64,000 nucleotides of DNA from the NCBI RefSeq assembly GCF_025526975.1, contig NW_026515688.1, forward strand, positions 186,001 to 250,000, given 5' to 3'. This document shows, piece by piece, positions 11,657 to 24,605 of this stretch. The position numbers were made by a program, and so were the translations under genes. The notes under the pieces were generated by a model. That model searched no databases and was not told the DNA's origin. It saw only the letters and a list, made by a program, of their open reading frames with translations. This DNA is from Fimicolochytrium jonesii. Lineage: Eukaryota. Within the stretch, counting starts at the first letter, position 1. Every line of letters starts with the position of its first letter.

Positions 11657-14004
11657 TCACGCATCCCCTTCTCCATCAGTTATGTCTTTCGTCGTTTTCA
11701 CACTGTGACCCGCGCGATCGGGAGGCCGCCGGGCGACGAGCCCTGCGACTTCCGAGTCTACTTCTAGGAATTGTCCATCCACCGCTTCGCGGGCGCCCTC
11801 GGGTGTTGATTTGGAGAGATCGGGTAGCAAAGTGTTGAGCTGACTCCGCTCAAAACCCTTGAGAAGCATGTAAATGCTCTCAGTCATCCCGATGACGATC
11901 GCTCGCTGCAAGCAGAAAGAATCTTGAGTCGAGTTGTTTTTCAAAAATAACATATTTGCGCCTTACCTTTTGAACTGCCACTTCATCACCCGCCAACGCG
12001 CACCACACTTTCATGATGCCATCCCAGATCAGGAGGAGGAATCCACATACTAGGCCGACTATGAGCAAGATGTCGAAGCCACGACTGTTGTAAATATCAT
12101 GGCTGATCTCATTCGATTTCACCGTATACTCCGCTGTGAGGGTGGTATTGGTGGCCGGATCCAGTAGTTCGGTCGTAAATGATGCTAGCGAGAGGGCGAG
12201 AAGTCGTGCCACAGAGACGGATATAGTCTTCATCTACGGCGTGAAAGGGAAAGCCATTAAATAGTGCCCCCACGCGTTCAGCATCTTGACAACGGAGAGG
12301 ACTCGAACCTGGTTCGCCGGGTCGACGATGGCATTTCCTGCGGCATCCACTTGCAGCATCCCAATCAACGTGTCAAACCATGGAACTTGTCCCGACGCAG
12401 CTGAGCATCCAAGGATATCGCAGGTGACGTATTGTACGAACTGGCTCAAATAAAATGCCATCGGGTAACCGCTGGTCCCTTTCGACAAGGGATACGATGT
12501 CGGTGTGGTCGCATTTTGGGCAGAAGATATCGAAGCTTTCAACGACGGAGTCACGGACAGGATCTAAGGAATATATCGAGATCTGAGCAATGAAATTGTC
12601 TCGGCGGAAAGTGGTTTGCGTTCGAATGGCCACACCTCCATAATCCCAGCCACTTTTCCCAGCTTGACTCCGGCGGAGCAGAGAGCCGTACTGTATTGAA
12701 CCGTAGCGTTAAGATCCTTGTGCGCTTCGGATACACTGTTGTCCATGTTTTCAAAAACCGTCCCGTCGAGGTTGTTTGTCAGAACTCCAAAGTAGACCCT
12801 GTCGTCCAGCACGTATGGTGTAAAGTGCTCCGCGTCATGGTCGTCAATTTCCAAGGATACCAAAGAAACTTGAGGGCCTCGTATGTACCATGTCTCGAGG
12901 GCATAGTTGGCATACGCCAGGGGAGTGCCGTCCGGTGCGTTGGTCTGATAGTACCAATAGTCGACGACGCTCTTATTTATATAGAATGCCTGCGGGGAAC
13001 ACGAAACGTCGACAGATAGCGAAGAGACTTCTCCGATGACACGATCATTCCTGGCCGTACTTTCCCATGGTCCCGGCCACGGCCACTTCCAGAAAGCACC
13101 TTCAGTCGAAGCTGACGGGGCCATGGGCGAAAGGATAACAGAACTGGTCCCCGTGCAGCCCGTCTCAGAGCAATCAGAGAGCGTGCTGTTTGGGATTAGC
13201 AAACCATCCAAGGTCATAGGATCGTAGAGCTGACCTAGGCTCAAGATCGTTCTACAGAGCGACACAGAGGTACTGTGAGATACGGTGGCACCACCGCGTG
13301 GGGTCCAGTTGTCGGAATAACTTCACCTCAGTGCTAGCTCGGTAATGTAAGGCCCTTCCTCGAAGGTCGTCATATTGCTTTGAAACGGCCCCAGTAATGG
13401 TACCGGAGAGACGAACCGCACCGCCGTCAATGGAGCTTTGTAGTACAGAGACCCAATGCCACCTGGATGAATCGGACAGGTATATCAGCATCAGCCGGAC
13501 TGTTTTATGCTGCCAGAAGAGATTCCTACCAATCACAACAATTTCTGCGATATAAACAGTCAGCATAAACAAAGTAATCGTAATCCAGCCTCGCCAGATG
13601 TCCTCAACTCCGCGATGCGAGTTGCAGTATATAGCCGACCAAGCCGTCACCATTTGTCGGCATGGAATGCCATGAGAGACGATTTTCGATGCGAGCCAAA
13701 GCTGGCATATTTTTCGACCAAGCTGAAGGGGTCCCAAAAGAGCTATTTGGACGACAATTCCGTATCCAAAGGTTATGAGTTGTTCCGACCATAGGTTCCA
13801 ATGCGCTGCGCTCTGCGGCACAGTATTTAGCGATAGGTAGCCAAGGTTGCCGAGGGCGAGACTGGCAATGCAGACCCCCATGATGCCAAGCTCCAAGAGG
13901 ATCGGCAACGGGTTCCATCTTGCGGGCTTGGTTCGCTTGGGAGCTTTCGGAGGAGCTTGACTTGGGCGTAGCGACCCTTTGGAGTTTGCAAGTTTGGATT
14001 CCAT
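11657..14004 (-). CDS. Uncharacterised multi-exon membrane protein (N-terminal TM bundle, large luminal domain, one C-terminal TM)
   Basis: Five ORF-track pieces join through GT..AG introns (e.g. G|gtagg..tccag, AG|gtgaag..ctgtag, AAG|gtaagg..ttgcag); hydrophobic segments LELGIMGVCIASLAL, ITLFMLTVYIAEIVVIG, ILLIVGLVCGFLLLIW. Confidence 0.75.
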
Positions 14005-14639
14005 CTTCAATATCGGAAACCCATGGGTTCAAGTCGACAATATTAATTTTTGCAAGGCTTTGACGACAATTACAGGGTCGCCAAGGGTCAAGTTGGAGGC
14101 TACCCTGGTTTCCCAGGGTGAGTTCGACTCTGGAACGGACACCAGGCTTCGAGGTCGTCACTGCGCAGTCCATTTCGTAAGCAAAGGGTGAAATTCGACA
14201 GCGCGAGGCATGATAAAGCTCGTAGGCTTAGCGATCGCCGGTAACGCAAAAGTGGAGAAGCCTCATTTGTCGTTTCACTTATTACTGTCTAGTTTCATTT
14301 CACGCTTTCTCTGCCCCTCCAACAGTCATCTGCTGTAGATAAGAGCCACAGCCCTTCTACGCACTCACTACTTGACGACCTTCGGCCATACCGAGTATCT
14401 CTCTTCCTCTGTGCAAGTCCAGCAACTCTCCCTACACCGCGCTGTTTGAACGAAATCTTCCGATGCTGACATAGAAGTCTCGTCCGCGGAGCTTCCTGGC
14501 GTCGATCTTAGCGCCCCCGAAAACCGCACCATGCCGAGCACGCTGATTTCGCGCGATCGCTACTCTCGGGAAGCATATACGTGTCACCTACGCCAATTTG
14601 CAGAGCTCCCAATTGTCTAATGGTTCAATCATGGGCTTC

Positions 14640-15640
14640 CTCCAAACCAACCTCCGAGATCAGCACCTTCCCTTGGAACAAAAGCGGCTGGGGCATCGCA
14701 AGTTCACCCACGAGGTTGCGGAAGAGTTTGGCGGGGGTTCGGTTCGCGCCGTGTTTTCCGTCCCAAGGAAGACAGATATTTATCGTCATGGGATGTGGTC
14801 CTTTTGGTGATGTTCTTTGCCATGGAGGACAAGGAGGGATGACAACTCCGCTCTCGTTGTTTTCGACGAAGTCAAGGAGAACGGAATAGCTGAAGTGCTT
14901 ACAAGGAAGCGCGTCGATATCTACAGTGATTGGAAGGAGAGAGATAAAGAGTCATGGATGTACAGTACCAAGAAGTGCAGGCCTTGCATCATGCTCCGGA
15001 CCACCCGCATCTGGTCCAGCTGCGCGCCTTGTACAAGCAAGACGATGAAAATTATCTTTATCCTGCGGCCCTGGGCACAGCACGACTTGGAACGCTTTCT
15101 GGCGGACAATGATCAAGCTTGGTGGGGGGAGATCGTGAATGACGCTTTGCATGGCATCGGCCGTCACAGCGTTGCACAGGGCAGAGATTCAAGACATAGA
15201 CTTAATAACCTGCAATGTGATGTTACACGTTGTGGACGGAGTGCCGCACCCCGGTTCTTTGCGAATAAGCTGCGCCAAAAGACCTTCGACGTGATCTGAA
15301 CTTTGCCTGTCGAGATGGACGCTCGTACCCACCGCCGCAGAATGAGGATCCTTCGCCCGGTTGCCAAGCCGACCTATTCAACCTGGGTACCATCTACTTG
15401 GAGCTTTGCACACAAATGGCCGGGATCAAAGTGCGGTGGTTCCGACCCCAGCTACGCACATTTCGTTGGCTATGGACAACTGAAAACCATCGTCGGCATC
15501 CTTCCCAACGAAATCGAGTTTGGAGTGGAGATAAAAGCGTTGTTGCGCGACATGATGGCTTTCGCCCTGATTAACGTTCGACCTGAAGGCGGTGTGGAAG
15601 CGCCTAGCAAGTTTGTTCGAGGAAGATCTCCCCGACGCAC
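14640..15640 (+). pseudogene. Decayed Ser/Thr protein kinase pseudogene (approximate limits)
   Basis: Kinase subdomains in order but in shifting frames: EEFGGGSVRAVFSV, QEVQALHHAPDHPHLVQLRALY, ILRPWAQHDLERFL, CMASAVTALHRAEIQDIDLITCNVML (degenerate HRDLK..N), VLCE* in place of DFG, ADLFNLGTIYLEL. Confidence 0.75.
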
Positions 15641-16228
15641 GTTGTCCATAGCCGAATCTGGCCGCGGTACAGGCAAGCGAGCCGAGAGGGCTTGTTAGTG
15701 TACACCATACCTCATGGATGTCTATCTTATTTTTTTGCCAGTAGTTCCCAAGCTAATGTTGCGAGTTTTGTCGTTTTCGGTTGGACCCATCAAAGGAGTC
15801 TCGGGCGAGCTCAGGATTTCTCCTCATCTTGGAAGTCCGAACACTTGACTTTCTCTCGCCGCGATATGGACTTGATGTACTGTATTCAGAGTAACATTTT
15901 CGTTGCTTCACTTGCCAACAGTGAGCAATGATAGAGTCCTATTATTTATCTCGCTCACTCGCATCCATATACTGACAATCGTGCCCACCCCGTCGGAGTT
16001 AATCCCGCGTAGAATTGTTGGCCGGATCACGTGACTGGGCGGCTAGGAGCAGGACAACCCAGAGGACAACCAAACCTCTGCGAGAAGTCACGAACGTTGG
16101 CATCGACACCAAACAGCACGACGTGAGAACGATCAACACCGCCAGCAGTCACTTCAAACGGCACTCCGGTATCATACGCAACAAGAAAAAGTGGTCCAGT
16201 GGAGTCCCCGCCTGCCATTTTCGCAACC

Positions 16229-17065
16229 ATGCTTCCCCGCCCATCCCCCATCCACCTCCTCAAACGGCATCTCGCCACCGCCGCGCCCTCCACCCCGCAC
16301 GTCGGCATCCTCCTCAAACGCAACCCCATAATCCTCCGCACCCTCAGCGAATTCGAGCACGCCTACCTCGCCTACCGTGACAGTCTGGAGCACTCCGAAT
16401 CCCGGCCATTCGACCCTTCCTTCTATTTCAAAAAGGGGAGCACGGCCGAGAAGCGGTGGGTGGATGCCCAGGAGCAACAGGCGGAGACGGTGACAGTGGA
16501 GGAGGGTGAGAAGATCCCGCTCGTGCAGCCCCGCGACGAGTTATCGACAGACGAGATTGCGCCCCGGCGGACGAAAGCGGATGAAGTACGGGATATGAAA
16601 TCGTTGGACAGGGCGTTGGAAAGGACGTTGTACCTTGTGGTGAAGCGGAAGGATGGCGGGTGGAGATTTCCGGCGGGGAAGTTGGAGGGGCAGGAGGTTT
16701 TGAGTGAGGGTGCGGCGAGGCATTTGCGGACCGAGGTTGGGAAGGATTTGGAGACGTGGGTGGTCGGGAACACGCCTGTCGGGGTTTGGAAGGGGGATAA
16801 GGAGAAGGTGCGTTGCTTTGTTCCATTGCACATTGTTTTTTATTTACCCAGCAATGCGAGGCATCCTGGTTTTTTCCCCGCTCGCATCAGTGTTGACTCG
16901 TGGTCTTTCCAGGTTTTCTACATGAAAGCTCACATCCTATCCGGCAAGATATCCGCGAATCCAAAACTTGTCGAGGACCACGCATGGGCCACCAAGCAGG
17001 AGCTGAAGGAGTACCTCTCCCCCGACTATTACCAATCGGTGCAGCGGATGCTAGCCGAGCTATGA
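16229..17065 (+). CDS. MRPL46: Mitochondrial large-subunit ribosomal protein mL46 (yeast MRPL17); intron about 16808-16912
   Basis: VGILLKRNPII, FYFKKGS, PRRTKAD...SLDRALERTLYLVVK...WRFP, VFYMKAHILSG, DHAWATKQEL. Confidence 0.9.
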   Translation: MLPRPSPIHLLKRHLATAAPSTPHVGILLKRNPIILRTLSEFEHAYLAYRDSLEHSESRPFDPSFYFKKGSTAEKRWVDAQEQQAETVTVEEGEKIPLVQPRDELSTDEIAPRRTKADEVRDMKSLDRALERTLYLVVKRKDGGWRFPAGKLEGQEVLSEGAARHLRTEVGKDLETWVVGNTPVGVWKGDKEKVRCFVPLHIVFYLPSNARHPGFFPARISVDSWSFQVFYMKAHILSGKISANPKLVEDHAWATKQELKEYLSPDYYQSVQRMLAEL

Positions 17066-17465
17066 AGTTGGCCTGTGAGGATGACGGCGGCGTTTAGGTT
17101 TTTGGGTCGGAGATTGTCGGATGGAACGCGTTGGGCTGGTTTTCAGGGGGGAGGGATCAGATGATGTGGAATACGGAGCATCGTTTGCTTAGACTAAGTT
17201 ATAGAGCATCACTATTGTATATAGCGTTGGAAAGAAGGCTCGAGTGAGCTTGCATCTTCTATGCCGCGTACGCAACGAGAATTAAATTTACAATTAGAAG
17301 GAAACACAGATGGTAAGGCAAGGAGAAACATCTACGTATGTACAGGGAAAACGAGACACAATCTTCTACAACAACCCAACGACCCGCAGTGGCAAACATA
17401 CCTACGGACTATCCTACGCATCCCATCTACTCCTTCCCGACGTAGTGCACGCTGAGGGCAGGCAT

Positions 17466-19310
17466 CTATCGCAAATCCGCAGACAACCCTCCCGCGCCCA
17501 CCTTCGCCGAAGCGCCCGCACCAACGCTCCTAGGCCCTACATCGCTCAACGCCCAACACTTCCAAAACTTCAGATTCTCGTCCCCGCTTCCCGTCACAAC
17601 CACTTCTCCCCCCGGGGAGACGGCGAGGAACAGTGGTCTTTGAGTGTGTCCCGGCAAGCGCCCGACCTCGCGCATGGAGGGCCAGTGCCAAATGATGAGC
17701 TGGTCGCCGAGGGTGTGGTGGGTGGAGATGAGCTCGCGGTGGTGGTTTTGGGCGTAGGGGGACCAGTGGAGGGAGCAGACCTGGGAGCCGGTTTCGATTT
17801 CGAGCCGCTTTTCGCCTAGAGTCCATGTGAAATCGTCAGAACGCTGATTTTCCAACATACTTGACAGACGGACGATCCAATGCTTACCTCGACTTGTATA
17901 CACCCGAATTTTCCGATCATCCAGACCCCCTCCCGTAGCTAACAGATCCTCGTCCCAAGGACACCAATCCAGCGCTCTCACAGCCGACATATGATCCCTA
18001 ATGATATGTTTCGGCGTCTCCCTCTCCAGCTGCCATATAACGACCAAGTTATCGTTCCCGCCACTCGCCAGTAGCCTCGCGTCCTTTGTCCATTTCAGTC
18101 CGACGATGCGGTCCGTATGCGTTCCCTCCCACTCCCGCACCAAAACACAATGCGTGCGTTGCTGCAGCGATTGGCCGGCGCTGGCGCCTGCGCGGCGTTC
18201 GGTGGTGTTGTAGACGCGGATGGTGCCCTTTTTGTCGCCGGTGGTGAGATAGAGGTTGTCGTCCTTTTTGCACCAGATGAGAGCGCCAAGGCCGTCTCGA
18301 TGGCGGATGCGGGCGAGGCAGCGGCCTTCTTTGAACCTGAGGCGGGGGACGGTGAAGATCTCGCAGCGACCTTCGTTAGTGCCGACTGCAAGGCGGGAGC
18401 CGTCGGGCGAGAACTTGCAAGAGGCGATGTAGTCATCTTCGTCTACGGTCCAGAGCTCGTGTATTGCGGATGTGTGCTATGGTGGGACAATGGACGGGGT
18501 CAGTCACGCCGAAGCGAGACGGCCAGGATGGAAGATGATCGCAGATGCACTGTACCTCCTCCCATAGGTACACTTTATTCCCAAGTCCAACTGCCAGGAT
18601 ATTATCTGCGGACCTGCGAGCGGATCATCCCGCGTTAGGTTCCGAAGACATTCAGAGCTCCGAGAGGACAACCATCAGTACCCACCAGTCTAGTACGTCT
18701 ATATAATAGTCATTCCGCATCCCTGGCGCATCAAGGACTCTCTCCGGCGTTCTTGGAATGATTCTCTGTTTCGTCAATGCCCTCTCGTCTTCCAACGGGA
18801 ACGCGCGCTCGCCATGCTTCGTTGGCGTGGCTGTGAGGCGATCCAGTGTCAGTTGTTCGGGAGCCGTAGGTGTAGTGGGGGAGACCCCATGTTGTAGTAG
18901 TCGGCCATCAATGTTGGTATCTACCCCGAGTGAGCTGGCGTACAGGGATTTCGGAGTGGTGCGGGGTGTTGGTGGTTGTGGTGGTGACGTGCCTGTGTGG
19001 GCGGAAGATTCAAACATTCAGCCAAGGGCCCGCTGACGTGAACACCAAAAGAGCACCTACCACCGTGGTGCCTGAAAGCATGTCGTAGCTGGGGCGTAGC
19101 GAGCGGACTGACCCCCGACGCCACGAATCTATCAAATGGCCCTCTCGACGCGAACTCGTCCGCGCCATCGGTCTCTGACCACCGGCGTTTCCGCGGCGTC
19201 GCTGTCGTCGGGGTCGGTAATGGCTGCAGCGCAGCGCTCCCTGACGACGACGAGGACGTTGACCCGGGAGTAGTGGGTTTCTGAGGGGTCGTCATTCCTG
19301 GACCTGCCAT
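17466..19310 (-). CDS. Cdc20/Fizzy-family WD40 APC/C activator; multi-exon
   Basis: C-box-like FDRFV, RIIPRTPERVLDAPGMRNDYYIDVLDW, LASGGNDN, LATGGG..DRKI, TGSQVCSLHWS, GDENLKFW, C-terminal LR. Confidence 0.92.
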
Positions 19311-19914
19311 TCCTGCAGACTAGATTCTTTACGAAAGAAGGTTTGCTCTCGTTCTCGTGTGGTGCGATTTGACAGGAGGGAAGATTCTGCTTGATTGTGT
19401 CTTCGGGGTATTGCAGGCAGCGTGAATCCTTCCAAGGGCCCTCCAGCGATAGTACAGCCTGATGAAGTCAGAAGTCGCCGGTCTGACTGGGAAAACTACT
19501 ATCGGGTCAATGGGTCTCCTCTTGTATCCTGTCTCGTCCGTCGGGCAGCAATCGGGCTAAGAGGGCCTGCCCCTTCTCTATAACAGAAGCAGCTGGCGGC
19601 CGAGTATCGCAGGTCGTCGTCGCCGTCGTCGTCGTACCACCCTCAACCAAAGCGAGCCGAAGAGAGCCAAAGAGGGGAGCCCGGAAGAGCAGGAAGGACA
19701 GGAATGTCGCGCGTGCCCCGAAAGAGCGAAAGGGAGTTGGTGGTGACAACTTCGAGGAGGACTGCAATTGAGGCAAGCAGTTTCCCACAGCACAAACCGA
19801 CGGGCACCAAGGCCCACCAGCAACCCCTGAGAGCATACTGAAGGCTAGAACTCAAAGCAACGCCCTGCCTCGCGCTCCTCCCCCCGGAAAGTGTATACCC
19901 ACGAAATAGCAGTC

Positions 19915-21499
19915 ATGGCCACACCAATGGAGACAGACGACCCTATCCCCACAGACCCCGCTGCTCAGCCGTCCAAGATCGTTAGCGAGACGCCTTCTGC
20001 TTCCGGGCTTCTTATCACCTTGTGAGTGGTCTTTGCGCGATATTTCAATGGGCTTTCTGGATGCTGGAGTCGTGTGTCTGACCGGTGTCCCAAATTTCAG
20101 GCATCCGCTAGTCATCTTGAATGCATCAGATCACTGGACGAGAGTCAAGATGCAGAGCGAAGGGAACGCGAATCCGCAAGGTGGGGGTCAAGCTCCCTCC
20201 TGTGCTTGGTTTCATCAAGCCGCATTCTCATCACTCTTCAATCCCTTCCGATACTCATAGTCATTGGAGCGCTGATGGGCATACAAACGGGGCGAGAAAT
20301 CGAAATCATGGACTCGTTTGAGATCCCAATCACACAGATAGCGGATGACAGCCCAGGGCCGGTCCTGGATGCTGCCTTCTTGATTGACAAACTTGAGAAA
20401 TGTAGGTAGGGGGTTGACTACAGCAGTTCGGGGATAACCTATGCGCGGAGAGGCAGCGACGGAGGAGACGCTAACCTTCCCTCCCGCAGTCAAACAGGTC
20501 TTCCCCCGCTACGACCTCCTCGGCTGGTACTCCACCGGCCGCACCCCCACCTCCACCGAGCTCCACCTGCACCAACAAATGATCGACCATAACGAATCGC
20601 CCCTCTTCATGCAACTCAACCCGCTCATCCCCCCTCACGCGAAAGACTTCCCGATCAGCATCTACGAATCGGTGATTGATCTGGTCGGCGGGCAGGCGCA
20701 GCTGCTGTTTTTGCCGTCGCAGTATAAGATTGAGACGGGAGAGGCGGAGCGGATTGCGGTGGATCATGTGGCGCATGCGACGAATGACGGGGCGGAGGCG
20801 GGGAGTGGGTGTGAGTTTTCGTGATGGGCTGGGCGGATGGACGAAAGACGGAACAAATGGATCTGAACGGCTTTTTTTTTGCACCTCCGGCTAGTGATCG
20901 CCCAGCTAACAGGCCAACGCAACGCTATCAAGATGCTGCACTCACGGATAAGCCTGCTCCACAAATACGTCGCGGATGTCGAGCAAGGTAAACGCCGCAT
21001 CATGCCCCCGCAGATCTCTTCCAGTCTCCTCTAACCGACCGCTTAACACCTACGCGCGAATAGGAAGACTCCCCCGCGACCACAACATCATGCGCCAAAT
21101 CGGAAGCCTCTGCAACCGGCTGCCGACGATCGACAGCCCGGATTTCAGGGAGGAGTTCTTGGTGGTGCGTTTCCATCCATCTTGCGTCCCATTCATCTCG
21201 CCGTCTTCCCGCCCCTCCCATGTCCTGCTTTTCAATGACTCACCCCACCGTGTGTTTCTCGTTCTCACAGAGCTACAACGACGTCCTCCTAATGACCTAC
21301 CTCGCGACCGTAACAAAAGGCGCCAATGCCGTGTCTGAGGTGCGTTAGCATGCGGTCACTGTCCCGGATCTCGCCGTCGGATGAACGCCCCTTCTAACGT
21401 GTATGGAACTTCTTTCACTAGCTGGTGGACAAGTTCAACGTGGTCGGCAGCAAACGCGCGACTGGCACGTTTCCGAGGGGTGGGGTGGCGTATATGTGA
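19915..21499 (+). CDS. CSN6: COP9 signalosome subunit 6 (MPN domain); multi-exon
   Basis: LHPLVILNASDHWTR, GALMGIQTGREIEIMDSFE, KQVFP...LLGWYSTG, NESPLFMQLNP, IETGEAERIAVDHVA, QRNAIKMLHSRI. Confidence 0.95.
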
Positions 21500-22126
21500 T
21501 GGGTGGGTGCGTTTGGGCGGTATATACCACGCGACGGTGAACATTGCCAGCGAGCCCCTCCACCAACACACCGGCCCCGTTTGTCTGTGTCGGCATGAAC
21601 CCTTACCGCAACCACGAGCGAGGCCGGCACCGGGGTGCCTACTACACATACGCACATGCTCATCCGCACGGATCATCACACAAAGGCACGAGGTTGTTCC
21701 TTTCAGAAACCACACATCGAAAACGGATAACGCAGAAAGATTGTACATTTTGGCAAGGCAGAAAAGCTCAAGGCGGGGACGTAAGCAGCGGGCAGCCGGG
21801 CGGGGGAGGATGAGGTCAGGGGTAGTATCGAGTTGCGAGTAGTGAAGATGAGGCGCCCGCGCGTACGAATGAGGGGGTGTGGAACGCATCAATAGCTGTA
21901 TCTTTTTTTGTATATGCACTTCATGAAAGAAGAGGGGGGAGATCCGACGCTTTTGCTCTGCAGCCACATGCTCTGTTATTTTGGCCGGACACGTATGGTT
22001 ATAGGTGATTTTCCTGTGCGTTTCTCTCGGGGTACAGAGGACGTTTGGTTTTACACGATTGGGAGTTGTCCGATTGTTGGGTTTCCGCTGGAATATGAGG
22101 GGTACCGATAAAGATGCGGCTGGTCA

Positions 22127-24240
22127 TCAAGTCGTCGAGCTCAGGATGGACCCTCGAGTTGAGCTGACCGATCGAGACGACCGGCGGTCTGCTGTAGGAA
22201 CAGAAATGGATGAGTATCGTGAGCCCAACAAAACGATATTTCAACATAAGATCAACACCCACCACCACCATATCTCCCTTGCCCCGGCCCATGATCGATC
22301 CCCACCACCGAATGTTCGCTCGTACTCCTACTCCTGCTGCTCCCCAGACTCCCTCCCAACACCAAATTCCCCGCACTCGGACTCCTCGTCGGGGGCGGGT
22401 TGGGCACGACAAACGCCGGGTACGTGCGATCGATGTCGTCGACTGGGATGGAGAGCTTTTGGCGTAAGGCGACGACCTCGTCGCGGAGTTGCATGTAGTG
22501 GGTTTGGATGGATTTGAGAACTTCGATGTGTTCGAGGTCGTGCGTGTGGATGCGCGTTTTGAGGGCGTTTACCTTGGGACGGAAGAAGTGGGTGAGTGAG
22601 TTGGTTTGGGTTTGGGGTGAGAGGGAGGGATGTGGGACATACCTCTGCGCGCAGAACCTCGGTTACGCCGGGCGATACGGGAAAGTCGGACAACGATGCA
22701 CTGGGGCTGTGTGATGTGTGGGAGAGCTTTCTCCTGTTTACACGAGTGTGAATTTTTCCCTTCTCGCCAACAGTTCTCCGACATGTGCGAATTCCTTACG
22801 GGGGTCCACCAGCCGATTGCTGCATCCTCAGGCTCTCCAGTTGCTTTTGCAGCCTGTTGACGATAAATTCCTGTTCCTGTTCCAAGGCGACCTCCATATC
22901 GATCTTTTCCTTTTGAAGCTGTTCAGGGATCGGATCAGCAAGACGCTCTCAGCGCGAAGTGACAGCCTCGCTATTCCACTTTCGCCAACTCACTTGCGAC
23001 AACTTCTTCTGTAATGTATTTGTGATCATCTCCTCTTCCTGTTCTACTTTCAACAGCAGCTCCCCTTTCTCCTTCTTGAGGTTGTTGATTCGTTTCATCA
23101 ACTTGTTGGCGATATATTCTTCCTCCTGTTCAGCTGAGGCCTGCAGTTCTACGGTCATTTGTCGCAGCTTTTGATTCTCGGCGCTATCGTATATGGTCAG
23201 TTCAGGCGCACCCCGTTCAGTGGATATTCCCAGGGGCTCTATCTGGTTCCCGATTCTCACCGCAGGATATTGACATGCCCACACTCCATGTCCAACTCAA
23301 ACTTCAACTTTTTGATCAAGGTGTCATGAGCTTCTAGCTTGTCTGTCAGAGTCTCCACAAGGTGTTTGACATGATTGATGTCGGTCGACGCGAGAGCCTC
23401 TGCGACACTGGGTCGGAGTTTTGCATCGTCGTTGATTTGGCTGTGTATTTATCATGGGCGATGGATGGTTAGACAACGGACGAACGATACCATGCTCGCT
23501 CCGCTCGCGACAAGGATGTTGGGCTGCGGTGGGCGGAACGTAGCTCCCCTCGCTCGCAAAACATCCAACGCGCGCAGAGCCTCGCTAATAGCTGTGGTTA
23601 CGAGTATTGCGCCTTTTGCGCAAGGAACTCGCTTCGCTCGCAAATGCGTTCGATCTGTTCCAGCCAAAGCTCGTTTATGGCTCGCCTGCCTCAAGCAATC
23701 CTGCGCCCCGCGTCGGCTCGCCTTCACTCTCCCTCGCTCGTCCGTCACACTCATCCCCTCCCTCATCTCCACATACCTATCAGCCTCCACGCGCAACTTC
23801 TGCAGCTGTTTCTGAAACTCCTCGGATCTGACTTGCTGGTTCTGTTTCAAATTCTGGAGCGAAGACTCGAGGTGATCTTTCTCACGCGTAGACTATATGT
23901 GGAGAGAATGCTGCGTCAGAATTTCTCCCGGCAACCAGAAAAGCGATTGAAAAGCCACAACATACAGTGCTGAGATGAACTTCCAAAGCTTCCTTGAAGG
24001 TCTGTTCGGTAGCTTCTACCTTGCTCAAGAGCGCCTCGTTTTCCTTGAACGGAATGCCATCACAGGAAGATGCACGCGTGAGAAAATGCAACCCCAGCTG
24101 TGCTGAGCCGCAGTCTGTGCCTGCGAGCGAGTAGAGCAATAACCTACCGCAATGAGCTTGGCCAGCTGTGTGGCCTGAGTGCGGACAATGTCCTGCAACT
24201 CTGAGGTAGTTTCGGGGAGTTGAGCGTCGTTGGCAGACAT
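22127..24240 (-). CDS. CCDC6: Coiled-coil protein, CCDC6/DUF2046 family; multi-exon, 3' end approximate
   Basis: QASAEQEEEYIANKLMKRINNLKKEKGELLLKVEQEEEMITNTLQKKLSQ then KEKIDMEVALEQEQEFIVNRLQKQL, characteristic of CCDC6/H4. Confidence 0.85.
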
Positions 24241-24515
24241 TTCGACCAGGAACTATTAATTCGGAAGCTATGAGCGATAGTTTGCGAGCGTGCCAGACTA
24301 TGCACCGGTTGCGGAAGAGGTCCGTAGCGGTGGGTCTCCGTTACATACGTTGGCAGGTGTAATTCACTTCTCTTCCTATCTGTCTAGTTGAGCGAGACGG
24401 CGTTCGTTCGTTTGACTGCCCGTGGGAAGGTGCGCAAAACGTGAGCGAGGGAGTGTCACCAGGGCCTGAGGGTGTGGAGTGCGGGTCACGTGGCGGAAGG
24501 GACAGACAAATAAAT

Positions 24516-24520
<5 letters not shown>

Positions 24521-24602
<82 letters not shown>
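24521..24602. repeat. (CT)41 microsatellite
   Basis: Perfect dinucleotide run seen directly. Confidence 0.98.

Positions 24603-24605
<3 letters not shown>

Noticed and set aside
12234..12566. Two in-frame TAG codons (12564-12566 and 12234-12236) in one continuous minus-strand frame, suggesting readthrough or a reassigned UAG
   Set aside because: Each TAG is the 3' end of a plausible phase-0 intron (72 nt gtgtgg..ccttag and 75 nt gttcga..ccgtag), and other genes here terminate normally at TAG
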